64,000 bases of DNA. Source: an uncultured virus (IMG/VR IMGVR_UViG_3300011991_000001). Its lineage: Duplodnaviria > Heunggongvirae > Uroviricota > Caudoviricetes. Within the stretch, counting starts at the first letter, position 1. Each line of letters starts with the position of its first letter. A model generated the notes under the pieces. It saw nothing but the letters and a program-made list of their open reading frames with translations. It had not been told where the DNA came from and did no database searches. The position numbers and the translations under genes are program-made. This document shows positions 1-9,600 of the stretch, piece by piece. The DNA is taken from IMG/VR virus record IMGVR_UViG_3300011991_000001; one strand, 5' to 3'.

Positions 1-110
1 GGATATGTGGTATATGGACGTTTTTGACGAGACATTAATTGTCTGATTTTAGTAATATATAATATTATGAGGTAGTTTAACTACTGCCTCTTTCAAAAGG
101 AGGAAAAGTA

Positions 111-353
111 GTGGCTAAGGATGTAGAAATAAAGTCATTCAATGTTGGGATTGTTGACGCATATGATGATTCTATTATAATAAAGGTTAATGAATGGAGA
201 ATGGCTGTTTCTCTTGATTTGTCCGTTGATGAATTGAGATATTATCAAGATAATAAAGCATCATATAAGGGAAGAAATATTAATGTAGAATATGTTGGGG
301 ATTTAGAAGATGTAAATACATTAAGTTATCTACCGATAAAGACTCTAGATTAA
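111..353 (+). CDS. hypothetical protein
   Basis: 80 aa ORF, AGGAGG SD upstream of GTG, followed by terminator. Confidence 0.65.
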   Translation: MAKDVEIKSFNVGIVDAYDDSIIIKVNEWRMAVSLDLSVDELRYYQDNKASYKGRNINVEYVGDLEDVNTLSYLPIKTLD

Positions 354-366
354 TATAAATCCTATT

Positions 367-408
367 AAGAGAAGGAGAGGAATTAAAACTCCTTCCTTCT
401 CTTTTTTT
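367..408 (+). terminator. intrinsic terminator
   Basis: AAGAGAAGGA...TCCTTCTCTT stem followed by T run. Confidence 0.7.
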
Positions 409-509
409 ATCCCTTTTAGAAAACTTAATATTTACAGAAGAAAAAATCCTATTTTGAGTAAGTAGGATTTTTTGTTGTATAAATATATAAATGAAAGAAG
501 TGAAATGAA

Positions 510-974
510 ATCGCTAAGAAAAAGTATAGTAAATTCCACGTTGACCTTAGTGATGAGGGTAAATTAAAGCGTACATATAAAGGAGTCCAGTACGATAGTT
601 TATTAGAAATGCGATATTTTAAAGAAGTTATAGAAATAGGATTAGAAGATGGAACAATTATAGACTGCCAACGACAAGTTAAGTATGAACTACAGGAAAA
701 ATATAAATACAATAATAAAACTATTCTTGCCGTGAATTATGTTGCCGATTACGTTTTAACTTATATAAATAAATCAGTCATAGTTTTCGATGTCAAGGGA
801 GGTATGGTCGATCCAATAGCCAAGCTCAAAAAAAAGCTGTTTCACCATAAATATCCTGAAGTTGATTATCGTTGGATTGGGCATTGCACGTTAGATGGTG
901 GATGGCAAGAATATGATGTCATTGAAAAAGGACAAAGGGATAGAAAGAAAGCAAAGAAATTAGCTAAAGGTTAA
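510..974 (+). CDS. DUF1064-family phage PD-(D/E)XK-like nuclease
   Basis: Frame is open upstream of ATG609 to ATC510 and adds SKF...GVQYDSLLE; YVADY and DVKG motifs are typical of DUF1064. Confidence 0.7.
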   Translation: MAKKKYSKFHVDLSDEGKLKRTYKGVQYDSLLEMRYFKEVIEIGLEDGTIIDCQRQVKYELQEKYKYNNKTILAVNYVADYVLTYINKSVIVFDVKGGMVDPIAKLKKKLFHHKYPEVDYRWIGHCTLDGGWQEYDVIEKGQRDRKKAKKLAKG

Positions 975-999
975 ATAAGAATAAAAGGATGGCGTATAA

Positions 1000-2022
1000 A
1001 TGGCAGAGATATCTATAGCGGAAAAGCTCCCGACAGTCACAGACGAACAATGGAATAAACTAAATAAATTCAATCGTAATATTACAGAAGAGTTTTTATT
1101 AGAATCGACAAACCTTAGTCCCAAGACACTAAGACAATATTTATCGGCATTGCACATTTTCTTTTTTTGGGTTTATGAACATTGCGATGATAAATCATTA
1201 TTAGAAATAAAAAGTAGAGACTTTTTAAAATATCAAAACTTCCTCGTGAGAAGAGGCATGTCTAGTTCAGGAGTAAGATTGAAACGTGCTGCAATAAGTT
1301 CCTTAAATGGGTATATTATTACATTTTATGAAGAGGAGTACCCTACTTTTAAGAACTTCATAACTAAGAAGATTTCTGCTCCACCTATTAATGATTTGCA
1401 TATAAAGCAACCAATGAATGCAGAAGAATGGGAACTACTCTTAAAAGATCTTGAAACTCGCAAACAATGGCAAAAATTAGCTTACTTAAAATTTACATAT
1501 TCAACAGCTTGTAGGAGAGCAGAGTCCAGACAACTCCTTAAAGAAGTTGTAGATTATCCTCCTATTATTAAGGAAAAGAAAATCAAGAATGATGATGGGA
1601 TAGAGGAAATTAAAACAATTACATTCTATGCTACTCAGGATACTCGTTGCAAAGGTAAAGGGGTTATTGGTGAGGTAAGAAAACTTAAATTTGATCAGTC
1701 TGCTATGGATGCTATTAGCAAATGGTTAGAAGTTCGAGGAGAAGATGATTGCCCTTATGTATTTGTTACAAAATCTCAAGGTGAATATCGTCAAGCAGGA
1801 GAAGGTTTATTTAATGATTGGTGTAAGGATGACTTTAGTAAAGTGATTAATAGAAGAGTCCATCCTCACCAACTTCGGGAGCAACGGGCGACTTGGCTAG
1901 TGGTTAATGAGGGTAAAGATATAAAATCGGCACAAGCTCTATTGGGACACAAATCATCCACAACTACTGAAATATATATTATTAGAGATGGGTCAGAGGA
2001 TGTAGAAGAAGCTTTTATTTAA
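1000..2022 (+). CDS. tyrosine recombinase/integrase (XerC/D-like, upstream of tail genes as in SPbeta-like phages)
   Basis: Catalytic motifs CRRAES, K, HPHQLR, LGH, TTEIY; N-terminal SAM-like core-binding domain. Confidence 0.92.
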   Translation: MAEISIAEKLPTVTDEQWNKLNKFNRNITEEFLLESTNLSPKTLRQYLSALHIFFFWVYEHCDDKSLLEIKSRDFLKYQNFLVRRGMSSSGVRLKRAAISSLNGYIITFYEEEYPTFKNFITKKISAPPINDLHIKQPMNAEEWELLLKDLETRKQWQKLAYLKFTYSTACRRAESRQLLKEVVDYPPIIKEKKIKNDDGIEEIKTITFYATQDTRCKGKGVIGEVRKLKFDQSAMDAISKWLEVRGEDDCPYVFVTKSQGEYRQAGEGLFNDWCKDDFSKVINRRVHPHQLREQRATWLVVNEGKDIKSAQALLGHKSSTTTEIYIIRDGSEDVEEAFI

Positions 2023-2055
2023 TATTGTAAGGTATATATAATATTACATCAACCC

Positions 2056-2084
2056 TTGACTTAATCACCTCAATATTATATAAT
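2056..2084 (+). promoter_or_regulatory. sigmaA promoter of TA operon
   Basis: TTGACT-N17-TATAAT. Confidence 0.8.
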
Positions 2085-2104
2085 GTAATTAAGGGGTGAT
2101 TACT

Positions 2105-2344
2105 ATGCCAAGAATTAGAAAAACAACCGTCAGAAATCAAAACGCAAAACTCAATAAAAGAGTCAGAGTCAAACTTATTAAAGCAAAAATTAATACAGGA
2201 GGTGTCAAAGTGATTAATACTCTTGAGAAGAAAGATGTAGTAACATATTCCACCCCTCACATATTAGATAGAGAAGCAAATGATAAAATTATTCAAAATC
2301 TTTTAAAAAGACATTCAAAATTACTAAAAAGGTTGGCTGAATAA
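2105..2344 (+). CDS. putative antitoxin of Doc toxin
   Basis: Directly upstream of and abutting doc; C-terminal helix KRHSKLLKRLAE resembles Doc-neutralising antitoxin tails; SD GGGGTG before ATG2105. Confidence 0.6.
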   Translation: MPRIRKTTVRNQNAKLNKRVRVKLIKAKINTGGVKVINTLEKKDVVTYSTPHILDREANDKIIQNLLKRHSKLLKRLAE

Positions 2345-2755
2345 ATGGATATTAAATATGTGTTTGCTGAAGATATTAAATCAATTCACAAATTTAATAT
2401 TGAACATAATGGTGGAGATCCAGATTATAATCTTGATACAGAGAATAAAGTAGAAGGCGTATTAGCACAGCAATATGGATATTTTGGACATGATGAATAT
2501 CCATCTGTGTATGATAAATCAGCAATGCTATTATATTTCTTTACAAAAGGACATTGTTTTCTTGATGGGAATAAAAGGGTTGGAGCAAGTACCATGTTTT
2601 ATATGTTTGAAATAAATGGTTATTTAGAAACTGATGTAGAATATGATTGGTATGATTTTACTTTAGATGTTGCTAAATCTGAATATAGACAGGATGATAT
2701 TAGGGATTATATTAGAAGGATTGCAGAGTTATTGAGAGTTAAATTTATTAAGTAA
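2345..2755 (+). CDS. doc: Fic/Doc family death-on-curing toxin
   Basis: HCFLDGNKRVG Fic/Doc motif, YPSVYDKSA motif, 136 aa. Confidence 0.9.
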   Translation: MDIKYVFAEDIKSIHKFNIEHNGGDPDYNLDTENKVEGVLAQQYGYFGHDEYPSVYDKSAMLLYFFTKGHCFLDGNKRVGASTMFYMFEINGYLETDVEYDWYDFTLDVAKSEYRQDDIRDYIRRIAELLRVKFIK

Positions 2756-2880
2756 GCTAGTTTTTATATTAAGTATAATAAATATATAATTTATTGCATA
2801 TTATAACTCCATTTGTGATATACTATATAAAGACAATCAATATCAATGTCTGGTATAATAGATATGAATGGAGTGATAGT

Positions 2881-3075
2881 ATGGTTAAGAATAGATTAGG
2901 AGAGATCCTAGATGAGCGTGGAATAAAGCAAATTTGGCTTGCTGAACAAGTTGGGATTACAAGACAAACTATGTCTAACTTGGTTAAAAATAGATATAAC
3001 ACAAGTGCTGAAGTCGGGCTGAAGATTGCATTTGTACTTAATTTAAGTTTTGATGATATTTTCTATCTAGATTAA
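2881..3075 (+). CDS. XRE/Cro-like HTH transcriptional regulator
   Basis: NRLGEILDERGIKQIWLAEQVGITRQTMS; SD GGAGTG before ATG2881. Confidence 0.88.
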   Translation: MVKNRLGEILDERGIKQIWLAEQVGITRQTMSNLVKNRYNTSAEVGLKIAFVLNLSFDDIFYLD

Positions 3076-3104
3076 TTATTTGAATATATATTTACCATTT
3101 TGTA

Positions 3105-3133
3105 TTGACACATCATACATTTCAACATATACT
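3105..3133 (+). promoter_or_regulatory. sigmaA promoter
   Basis: TTGACA-N17-TATACT. Confidence 0.8.
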
Positions 3134-3187
3134 ATGAAGTAAGGTAAGCGATTGAAAACCTTACATAATAGAATATGAGGGGGATTT

Positions 3188-3478
3188 ATGGTGGAAAGAA
3201 TGGTTTGGGTTGTTAAGGATCAAGATGGCAATTTCGTAAATGAAAATTGTTTCAAGCGATTTGATGGTGATGATTTGTATATTTCTTATAGGAATTTTAG
3301 TGAGGAATGTAGAGCATATTTAAGCCATGAAAGGGTTATAAAGGCTTTGGATAAGATAAGAAGTAAAAGTGTTAAGGAAGTTATTTTTAAGGCTTTAGAA
3401 GTTAATCTGAGCAACGTGATAAGGAATAATAGATTGTTTCATGGTGAGAATATGATCGTGAAAAGTATTATGCATTGA
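3188..3478 (+). CDS. hypothetical protein (probable target of adjacent HTH regulator)
   Basis: 96 aa ORF with GAGGGGG SD and own promoter. Confidence 0.65.
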   Translation: MVERMVWVVKDQDGNFVNENCFKRFDGDDLYISYRNFSEECRAYLSHERVIKALDKIRSKSVKEVIFKALEVNLSNVIRNNRLFHGENMIVKSIMH

Positions 3479-3506
3479 GAGATTAGTAGTTTAATTTTGT
3501 TGGTTT

Positions 3507-3570
3507 TACAAGGGAAGAGATTAGGATTAATTACCCTGATTGAACTACCTCCATAGTTCTTTCCCTTGTA
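3507..3570 (+). ncRNA. putative structured cis-regulatory RNA (three-way junction) upstream of endonuclease gene
   Basis: Outer stem 3507-3517/3560-3570, inner hairpins 3519-3541 and 3542-3559 with CCTCCA loop. Confidence 0.5.
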
Positions 3571-3619
3571 TTTAATATAGTTCGGAGATGGAGGTTGTAA
3601 AAATAATTGGAGGTTGAAA

Positions 3620-4993
3620 GTGATGGCAAAGAGATTACCCAATATTAAAGAACTTAGCGAGTTTGTTAATAGCATAGGATTTGAACTAATTACTAAAGAA
3701 TATAATAATAGTAATCAAAAATTAATAATAAAAGATAAAGAAGGGTATCGTTTTCAAACATTATATAGAGGATTAAAGAAAAACCCATCATCAAAGATAT
3801 TTGATAAAGTTAACCCCTTTACAATAGAGAATATAAAATTATGGATAATATTAAATAACAAATCATTTGAGTTGATCAGTGATATATATGAAGGGTCTTC
3901 ACAGAAATTAATATTCAAGGATCAAGAAGGGTATTATTATAATGGAAAGTTAAGATATATGGTAACTGGAACTTTATCTAGATTTGAAAAAAGAAATCCT
4001 TATACGATAAAGAACATAGATACATGGTGTAAGTTAAATAACAGACCATTTGAATTAGTATCAGATATATATGAATCTAGAGATGATAAACTTAGATTTA
4101 AATGTCATGCTGATGGTTGTGGAGAGATATTTAAGTCTAGTTGGGGTGAGATTTATAATGGTAGAGGTTGCGGATATTGCCATGGTTTACAAGTAGGTAT
4201 ATCTAATTGTCTAGATACACTTAATCCTAGATTATCTTTAGAATGGCATATAGCTAAGAATGGTGATTTGACTCCATATGATGTAACCTGTGGTAACGGT
4301 AGTAAAGCGTGGTGGAAATGTGTTAACGGTCATGAATGGGACGCTACTATAGCAAGTAGAAATAAGGATAGTAAATGTCCTTACTGCTCTCACAAATTAC
4401 CTTCTAAAGAATACAATCTACTGGTTGTAAACCCTATTATTTGTGAAGAATGGGATTATGATAAGAACGATAAATCACCTGAAGAATATTGTCCTGGGAG
4501 CAACCTTCATGTTCACTGGATTTGCAAGGTATGTAACTATGAATGGTTCTCTGGTATTTTTCATAGAAATGCAGGTGATAAAACTGGTTGCCCAGCTTGT
4601 AGTGCGTCAAAAGGGGAAAAGAAATGTAAAGAGTATTTTGACTTAAATAATATTCATAATGTTCCTCAAAAAGAATTTAATGGATTAATAGGTTTAGGTT
4701 CTTGTAATTTATCATATGATTTCTATTTACCACAATATAATCTCCTTATAGAGTATCAAGGAGAATACCATGACGGAACGGCTAGAAATCAGACCAAAGA
4801 ACAATTCATAACCCAACAAGAACATGACAGAAGAAAAAAAGAATATGCTATAAATAATAATATATTTTTATTACAAATTTGGTATTGGGACTTTGAAAAT
4901 ATTGATAAAGTATTAGAGGGTTATTTAATGAGTTGTATATCAATTAATGAAGTTATAATGGGTGAACCTGTTTTGGGACCACAATCATTATAA
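3620..4993 (+). CDS. zinc-ribbon repeat protein with C-terminal Vsr/DUF559-like endonuclease (putative homing endonuclease)
   Basis: Repeated WWKC..GH.W...I..R....CPYC units; YDFYLPQYNLLIEYQGEYH...HD..K motif. Confidence 0.8.
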   Translation: MMAKRLPNIKELSEFVNSIGFELITKEYNNSNQKLIIKDKEGYRFQTLYRGLKKNPSSKIFDKVNPFTIENIKLWIILNNKSFELISDIYEGSSQKLIFKDQEGYYYNGKLRYMVTGTLSRFEKRNPYTIKNIDTWCKLNNRPFELVSDIYESRDDKLRFKCHADGCGEIFKSSWGEIYNGRGCGYCHGLQVGISNCLDTLNPRLSLEWHIAKNGDLTPYDVTCGNGSKAWWKCVNGHEWDATIASRNKDSKCPYCSHKLPSKEYNLLVVNPIICEEWDYDKNDKSPEEYCPGSNLHVHWICKVCNYEWFSGIFHRNAGDKTGCPACSASKGEKKCKEYFDLNNIHNVPQKEFNGLIGLGSCNLSYDFYLPQYNLLIEYQGEYHDGTARNQTKEQFITQQEHDRRKKEYAINNNIFLLQIWYWDFENIDKVLEGYLMSCISINEVIMGEPVLGPQSL

Positions 4994-5018
4994 ATCTTAA
5001 CATAATTTCAATTATTTG

Positions 5019-5048
5019 TTGCATACCTCCTATGTTTTAGAATATAAT
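5019..5048 (+). promoter_or_regulatory. sigmaA-like promoter inside an inverted repeat
   Basis: TTGCAT-N18-TATAAT. Confidence 0.6.
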
Positions 5049-5083
5049 ATAGTAAACAAATAAAATTATAGGAGGTATGCAAC

Positions 5084-5458
5084 ATGAAAAGAAATAAAAT
5101 ACTAGCTATTATCATATCCTTGATTATAATATCATCTGGTGGATATTTATACTATAATCATTCTCAAAAAGTTGCAGTTGAACAATCTAATTCAAATAAA
5201 TCACATGCGTTAAATTCTGCAAAGAATTGGAAAAATTCTTTAAAGAGCAACTTTGATTTATCTATAGATTTGGTTATTATACGTTCTCAAATGGTGTTAT
5301 ATAAGGATACTGATATAGACACCTATAATAAATTAAAAGTATCTTATGGAGAAATTGCGGAATATCTAAATACTACAGAAAAGCATTTAGATGAGATTTG
5401 CTCAATGAATCAAGATGATAGCGAAAAAGAAATTGGCAGATTGCTTAACGCTAGATAA
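5084..5458 (+). CDS. membrane-anchored moron protein
   Basis: Basic N-terminus plus hydrophobic helix; own promoter, SD and terminator. Confidence 0.7.
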   Translation: MKRNKILAIIISLIIISSGGYLYYNHSQKVAVEQSNSNKSHALNSAKNWKNSLKSNFDLSIDLVIIRSQMVLYKDTDIDTYNKLKVSYGEIAEYLNTTEKHLDEICSMNQDDSEKEIGRLLNAR

Positions 5459-5473
5459 TCAAAGTAACCACCC

Positions 5474-5500
5474 TCCCCTATTTTCAAATAGGGGAATTTT
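5474..5500 (+). terminator. intrinsic terminator
   Basis: TCCCCTATTT-TC-AAATAGGGGA then T run. Confidence 0.7.
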
Positions 5501-5538
5501 TACGCGTAAAAATATAGAATTTAAAGGAGACTAATAAT

Positions 5539-6084
5539 ATGAAATTCAATGAATTAAAAGAACAAATCGAATTAGGCAATACCAACTTACCAACACTCAT
5601 TAAATTTAACTACGTCCCTCTCGTCTCTCAACAAAATATGATTGACAATATAATCTTAATATCTTTAAACAAAGATGAATCTGGTTTTATGAAAGTAGAT
5701 TATACTCTAAAAAAACTATTTACAACCCTATATATATTAGCTAACTTTGCAGATATTGAATTTGAAGGATTGACAGATGTAGAGAGCAATATTGATTCTG
5801 TACTAGCATTAGAATTCTATGATTTTTGCAAAGAACATAAAATAATTGAACACGTACAGCTTAATTCTGATTGTTCTGAGTTTGTTCAAATACTAGAACA
5901 AGAAATGGAACAAGAAATGGAGCTAAGTAATAGTGTTGCGTCTATTTTTAGTCAAGTATTAAATAATATAGTATCTAAACTTCCTTCCCCAGAAAAATTA
6001 GGGGATTTAATGAAAGAACTCCCAAATATTGTTGCGAGTTTTAATAAACCCAAATCAACAACTACTCGGAAGAAAAAGGTGTAA
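5539..6084 (+). CDS. hypothetical protein, possible tail assembly chaperone
   Basis: Acidic 181 aa ORF two genes before tape measure. Confidence 0.55.
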   Translation: MKFNELKEQIELGNTNLPTLIKFNYVPLVSQQNMIDNIILISLNKDESGFMKVDYTLKKLFTTLYILANFADIEFEGLTDVESNIDSVLALEFYDFCKEHKIIEHVQLNSDCSEFVQILEQEMEQEMELSNSVASIFSQVLNNIVSKLPSPEKLGDLMKELPNIVASFNKPKSTTTRKKKV

Positions 6085-6098
6085 GGGAGGTAATCTTA

Positions 6099-6578
6099 AT
6101 GCCTTCATTTAATAGTATGCAAGATTTAGAAGCATTTATTTTAAAGAAAATACAAATTGCTATGGTAGATACTGTAGCAATAGAAGTTAAACAATTAGAA
6201 TCTCAGAATGTAAAAGAAACGGTATATAATGTCTATTCTCCTAAGGAGTATATAAGAAGAGAAGACAACGGTGGGTTGTCTGATGTTGGGAACATGGAAC
6301 ATGAGACATTTAAGGCTGGCAATATGGTTATTCTAAATGTTGAGAATAAAACAATGAGTAATCCAAATTATAACCCTAATGGGAAATCGCCATTTGAAAT
6401 AACAGGATTGGTTGAATATGGAGATAATAATGGATTTGGAGAATACGATTACAAATCTTCTTCAGATTATTTAGATCCAAGACCATTCATTGAAAAAACT
6501 AAACAAGAATTAAATAATGGGTTGGCAAGAACAATGTTAATTAAAGGATTAATAAAACAAGGAATAAGTACAACATAA
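6099..6578 (+). CDS. putative tail completion protein (HK97 gp10-like)
   Basis: VY..Y.P..Y.RR...GGL and PRPFIE motifs; precedes tape measure. Confidence 0.55.
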   Translation: MPSFNSMQDLEAFILKKIQIAMVDTVAIEVKQLESQNVKETVYNVYSPKEYIRREDNGGLSDVGNMEHETFKAGNMVILNVENKTMSNPNYNPNGKSPFEITGLVEYGDNNGFGEYDYKSSSDYLDPRPFIEKTKQELNNGLARTMLIKGLIKQGISTT

Positions 6579-6632
6579 TGAGGGTAATCACCCTCTATTT
6601 TTAATGTCTAAGTAGAGGAGTTGATTAAATTA

Positions 6633-9600
6633 ATGTCAAGTATGATTCAAATTAATGTTCAAGCAATTCTAGATAAAAGTTCAGAAGCAATGATATTAAG
6701 TAGCATAAATGCTATTAGAAGCAAAATAAATGGTGATCCAATTATTCTAAAAGTTACTACAGATAGTTCTGCTTTAAATTCTTTAACTTCTAAAATACGA
6801 ACTCTTACCAATTCAGTTGAAAAACCAATAAAGTTAAATATTGATTCTAGCGCAATGAATAAAACTACCGATTCTTTTAAAATATTTGATATAGCAGGAC
6901 AAAAGGTAGAAAAACTTATTGGTACAACTAGACAGTATACAGATGCACTTGGTCAGACAGTAACAGTAGCAGAAAAATTTAAAACTGTAATGAACGGAAC
7001 TGGAACTGGATTTGAGAAGATAACATCTACACCTATTATTACATATGGCAATAATTTAGAAGCTACTAGAATAAAAGCTGAGAAATTAATACTCACTCAA
7101 GATAAATTAAGAGCATCAATGGCTAATTTGGGTAGTATGCCAATATCTGCGAAACCATTAGCACAGAATGCAGAAAGTTTAGTGACTGGATTAAATGTAG
7201 GGTCATCACCAGCAGAACTAGAAAAAGCAAAGTTGGCAGTTCTTTCACTAGTTAATGCTCATAAAGAATTATTGGCAGTACAAAGACTAGAAGGAGACCA
7301 GACTCAAGCTATTTCACAAGCCACTGCCAAATATAATCAATTATTTGCAGAAATTAGAGCAGGGGCAACTTCGGTAAAATTAACCGAAGAGCAAATGACT
7401 TTACTTCAACAAAAGTTAAATGCTATTTCTGTTAACCCAAGAGCACTCACGCAATTAACAGAAATAGATTCTCTAATGGCTAGTATGAGGTCTGAATCGA
7501 ACATACAATTTGTGACAGACAGAAATTTAGAAAATACCAGGTTAGAAAATGCCGAATTGCAAAAGCAAATTGCGCTTTTTGTTGAACGCAATGCACTCGC
7601 TGTAAGAAATCTTCAGGCGCAATTTGGATCTACTGCTCAAACTCCTTCCGTACAACAATCATTAGGTGCGATTAATGCTTCTACCAGTGGATTAAGCACA
7701 TCTGCTACAACTATGGCAGAACTTAGGACGCAAACGACTGCAATTAATACCCAACTTAGCACAGTAAGAACTGGTTTATCTGAAACTGTATCTGCTTCTA
7801 ATACTCTAGGTAACTCAATATTGGGAAATCTTGGAAAAATGCTTATGTGGGGAATGGCAGCTACGGCTATATACGCTCCTCTTAGGATGATGCAGTCAGC
7901 TGTGACATATGTAAATGATTTAGATAATGCATTAAATCAGATCCGCATTGTAACAGGGCAGTCTCAACCAGAAGTACAAAAACTTGCAGAGTCTTATAAT
8001 GCATTAGGGAAAGCAATGTCTGTTTCAACTGTAGATGTAGCAAATACTTCTGTTGATTTATATAGACAAGGTTTACAGGGACCAGAAGTTGAAGAACGAA
8101 TGCAAGCTATTGTAAAATACTCAAAGATTTCTGCGATTTCAATGGCAGATAGTAATAAGATTATTACAGCCACCATGAATGCCACAGGAGAATCTGCCCA
8201 GAAAGTCATAGACACTTTTTCATATTTAGGTGACGCAACTGCTTCTGGCGCCGACGAAATCGGTGTCGCAATGCAGAAAGTTGCAAGTATGAATGATGGA
8301 ATTGGGGTTTCTATGCAGAAGGCAGCTAGCTGGGTGGCAGAAATTTCCAGTAAAACCAGAGAGGGCGCAAGCCAGATCGGAACGTCCTTAAAATCAATCG
8401 AGAGTCGCTACAGTTCTATAAAAGAAAAGGGATTTAATTCTGAAGATGCCACAAATATGAACCAAGTTGTTCAAGCATTGACTAAAGCAGGAGTCGTAGC
8501 TACAACAGCAGACGGGCAATTAAGAAATTTTGGAGAAGTTGTAGATGACTTAGGCGGTAAATTTGGTGGTTTAGATGCTAAAACTCAGAACTATGTAATG
8601 ACTACCCTTGGTGGGACATATCAAATGAACAGACTTAGGGCATTAATGAATGGTTATGCTGACAGTGTTGATTTATACAATAAGTCATTAGATCAAACTG
8701 GAATAGCAAATCAAAAATTCGATATTTGGACAGAATCAACTGGTGCAAAAGTAGAAAGATTAACGTCAACAGTCCAAGGATTTTTTAGTGCTATTGCCAG
8801 TTCTAATGTGATAAAAGGAATGATAGACTCCTTAACATACTTAATCTCATCATTTGGTAATTTACAAACGATTTTATCTGTAGTGGGTACTGTGCTATTA
8901 GCGTGGAAGGGTACTGCAATATTAAGCTTTTTCCAAACATTACCTTTAAAAATTCAGACTGCTATTATGAATTTACAATTATTTAAAGATATTTCCATAG
9001 CAAATACAATGGTTGCATCTGGGGAAATCACCGCATTGCAAGGTTTATCTTTGTCATTTAACTCATTAGGGATAGCAATTAAATCAGCGTTTCTTTCAAA
9101 TCCTTTGGGATGGATTGCAATAGGTGTTACGTCTGCTGTGATGGCAATGGATATGTATAACCAAAAGCAAGAAGAGGCAGCACAAAAATCTAAGGAATCA
9201 GCAGACGCGTTTAAGCAACAACAAACAGAAATAACTTCTTTAATTGCAACCTATAAACAGAACGCAGAATTAGCAAAAACGGATGATAATGCAAAGATAC
9301 AATTAATTGAGACTGAGAAAAAATTAAAAGATATTTTTGGAGAAAGTGCAAACGCTTTAAATTTACAAAGTGGTAGTATTGACGACAATATCAAAAAGAT
9401 TAGAGAACTTGGGGATGAAAAACAAAAAGACTTTATTAGAGAAAATTCTTTAAAAGCACAACAGGGTCAAGATGGATTAAATAAAAAGCAATTTTTAATG
9501 GGCAGTGATGTTTCAGGGGTAATTTCTGATTATGCAGATAAAAGCGTAGTTCAAGCAAAAGGTGAATATAATGTTCAAGAAGAAATTAATGCTATTCGCT

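Noticed and set aside
2794..2880. N-terminal extension of the HTH ORF
   Set aside because: The region is promoter DNA; SD and homology fit ATG2881.
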